Assembly: GCF_052425735.1 (NCBI RefSeq) | Contig: NC_135768.1 | Location: 496,001-560,000 of the forward strand | DNA length: 64,000 nucleotides | Reading direction: 5' to 3' | Origin: Oculina patagonica | Taxonomy: Eukaryota | Shown: piece after piece, positions 63,334-64,000 of the stretch | Layout: each line of letters opens with the position of its first letter | Position numbering within the stretch: position 1 is the first letter of the stretch | The notes under the pieces: generated by a model | Database searches by the model: none | Told to the model about the DNA's origin: nothing | Seen by the model: only the letters and a program-made list of their open reading frames with translations | Made by a program: the position numbers and the translations under genes

Positions 63334-63572
63334 AATCAACAGGACATCACTTCATGTACCGTGTCCAAGTCCAACAAAGTGACATTGGAGAGTCAGACAA
63401 ACCGTGCCGTTTCCAGTAGCAGTATATTTGCAGTTAGCAGCCTGACTTCTGGGTCAAATAAATCCACTACCTCAAGATATGTTCCAGTTGCTTCGCAATT
63501 GTCCTTGTCCCGTCCGCAGTGCAGTTTTGTTCACATTGATGGAGTACAATGTGGTGCTATCACATGGAACAA
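63334..63572 (+). CDS. ZNF106: Next exon of the ZNF106-like gene (Ser-rich); gene continues beyond the window
   Basis: tttttcctttcag acceptor, phase 0 open frame NQQDITSCTVSKS...; 3' boundary approximate. Confidence 0.55.
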
Positions 63573-64000
63573 GTACGTGATGATAGTTTTTGCAATTTTT
63601 TTAAGCAAATTTTTTTAGATGCCGCCATAGGTTATATCTTAAAACGCCTATTGACACCTTCAATACCACACAAAAGTAAGTGACCACAGCTCGTCTCGTT
63701 TCTTGCGCGATGCGTCTCGTCTCTCCTGAGACACGTCTCGTTTCTCTTGACAATTACTAAACGGGCAACATGTATTACACGCAAGAAGCCGGCGCCTGAA
63801 TGTACATGTAATTTGGAAACTTTATTGTATTCTTGAGTTCTTTCCCATTAATCCAACCAAAAATTAGATAACAACTGTTTGTGGAATTCATTGGCGCGTT
63901 GCTGCTTTGGCTTACCCGCCTCTAAGGTTAAGTTTTTTGTAATATTATTCGTCAACACAAACATGAAGAGGTCAAAAACATGACAAAATGAAATCAAAAG

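Overview
AT-rich animal genomic DNA with spliceosomal introns. The SINE/MITE families and gene content suggest an anthozoan, probably a stony coral (inference). The backbone is a convergent Wnt6 (+, 2176-5088) / Wnt1 (-, 37966-32852) pair; each gene has 4 exons with intron phases 2,1,0. The ~28 kb between them holds an ancient ~7 kb tandem duplication of a decayed, unidentified multi-exon gene, nested transposons (Penelope, an RTE split by a TTAA element, CR1, MITEs, SINEs) and an intronless class A GPCR. Right of Wnt1 lie a foldback element with an inverted minisatellite, a CORE-like SINE, a second GPCR preceded by a 3x155 bp repeat, and the 5' part of a ZNF106-like gene. In that gene the first N-terminal zinc finger is broken by a stop and frameshifts, and an in-frame stop follows the second finger, while the ~735-codon low-complexity region stays open. 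There is one N gap and several low-quality homopolymer stretches. All alignments were done by eye; no searches were run.
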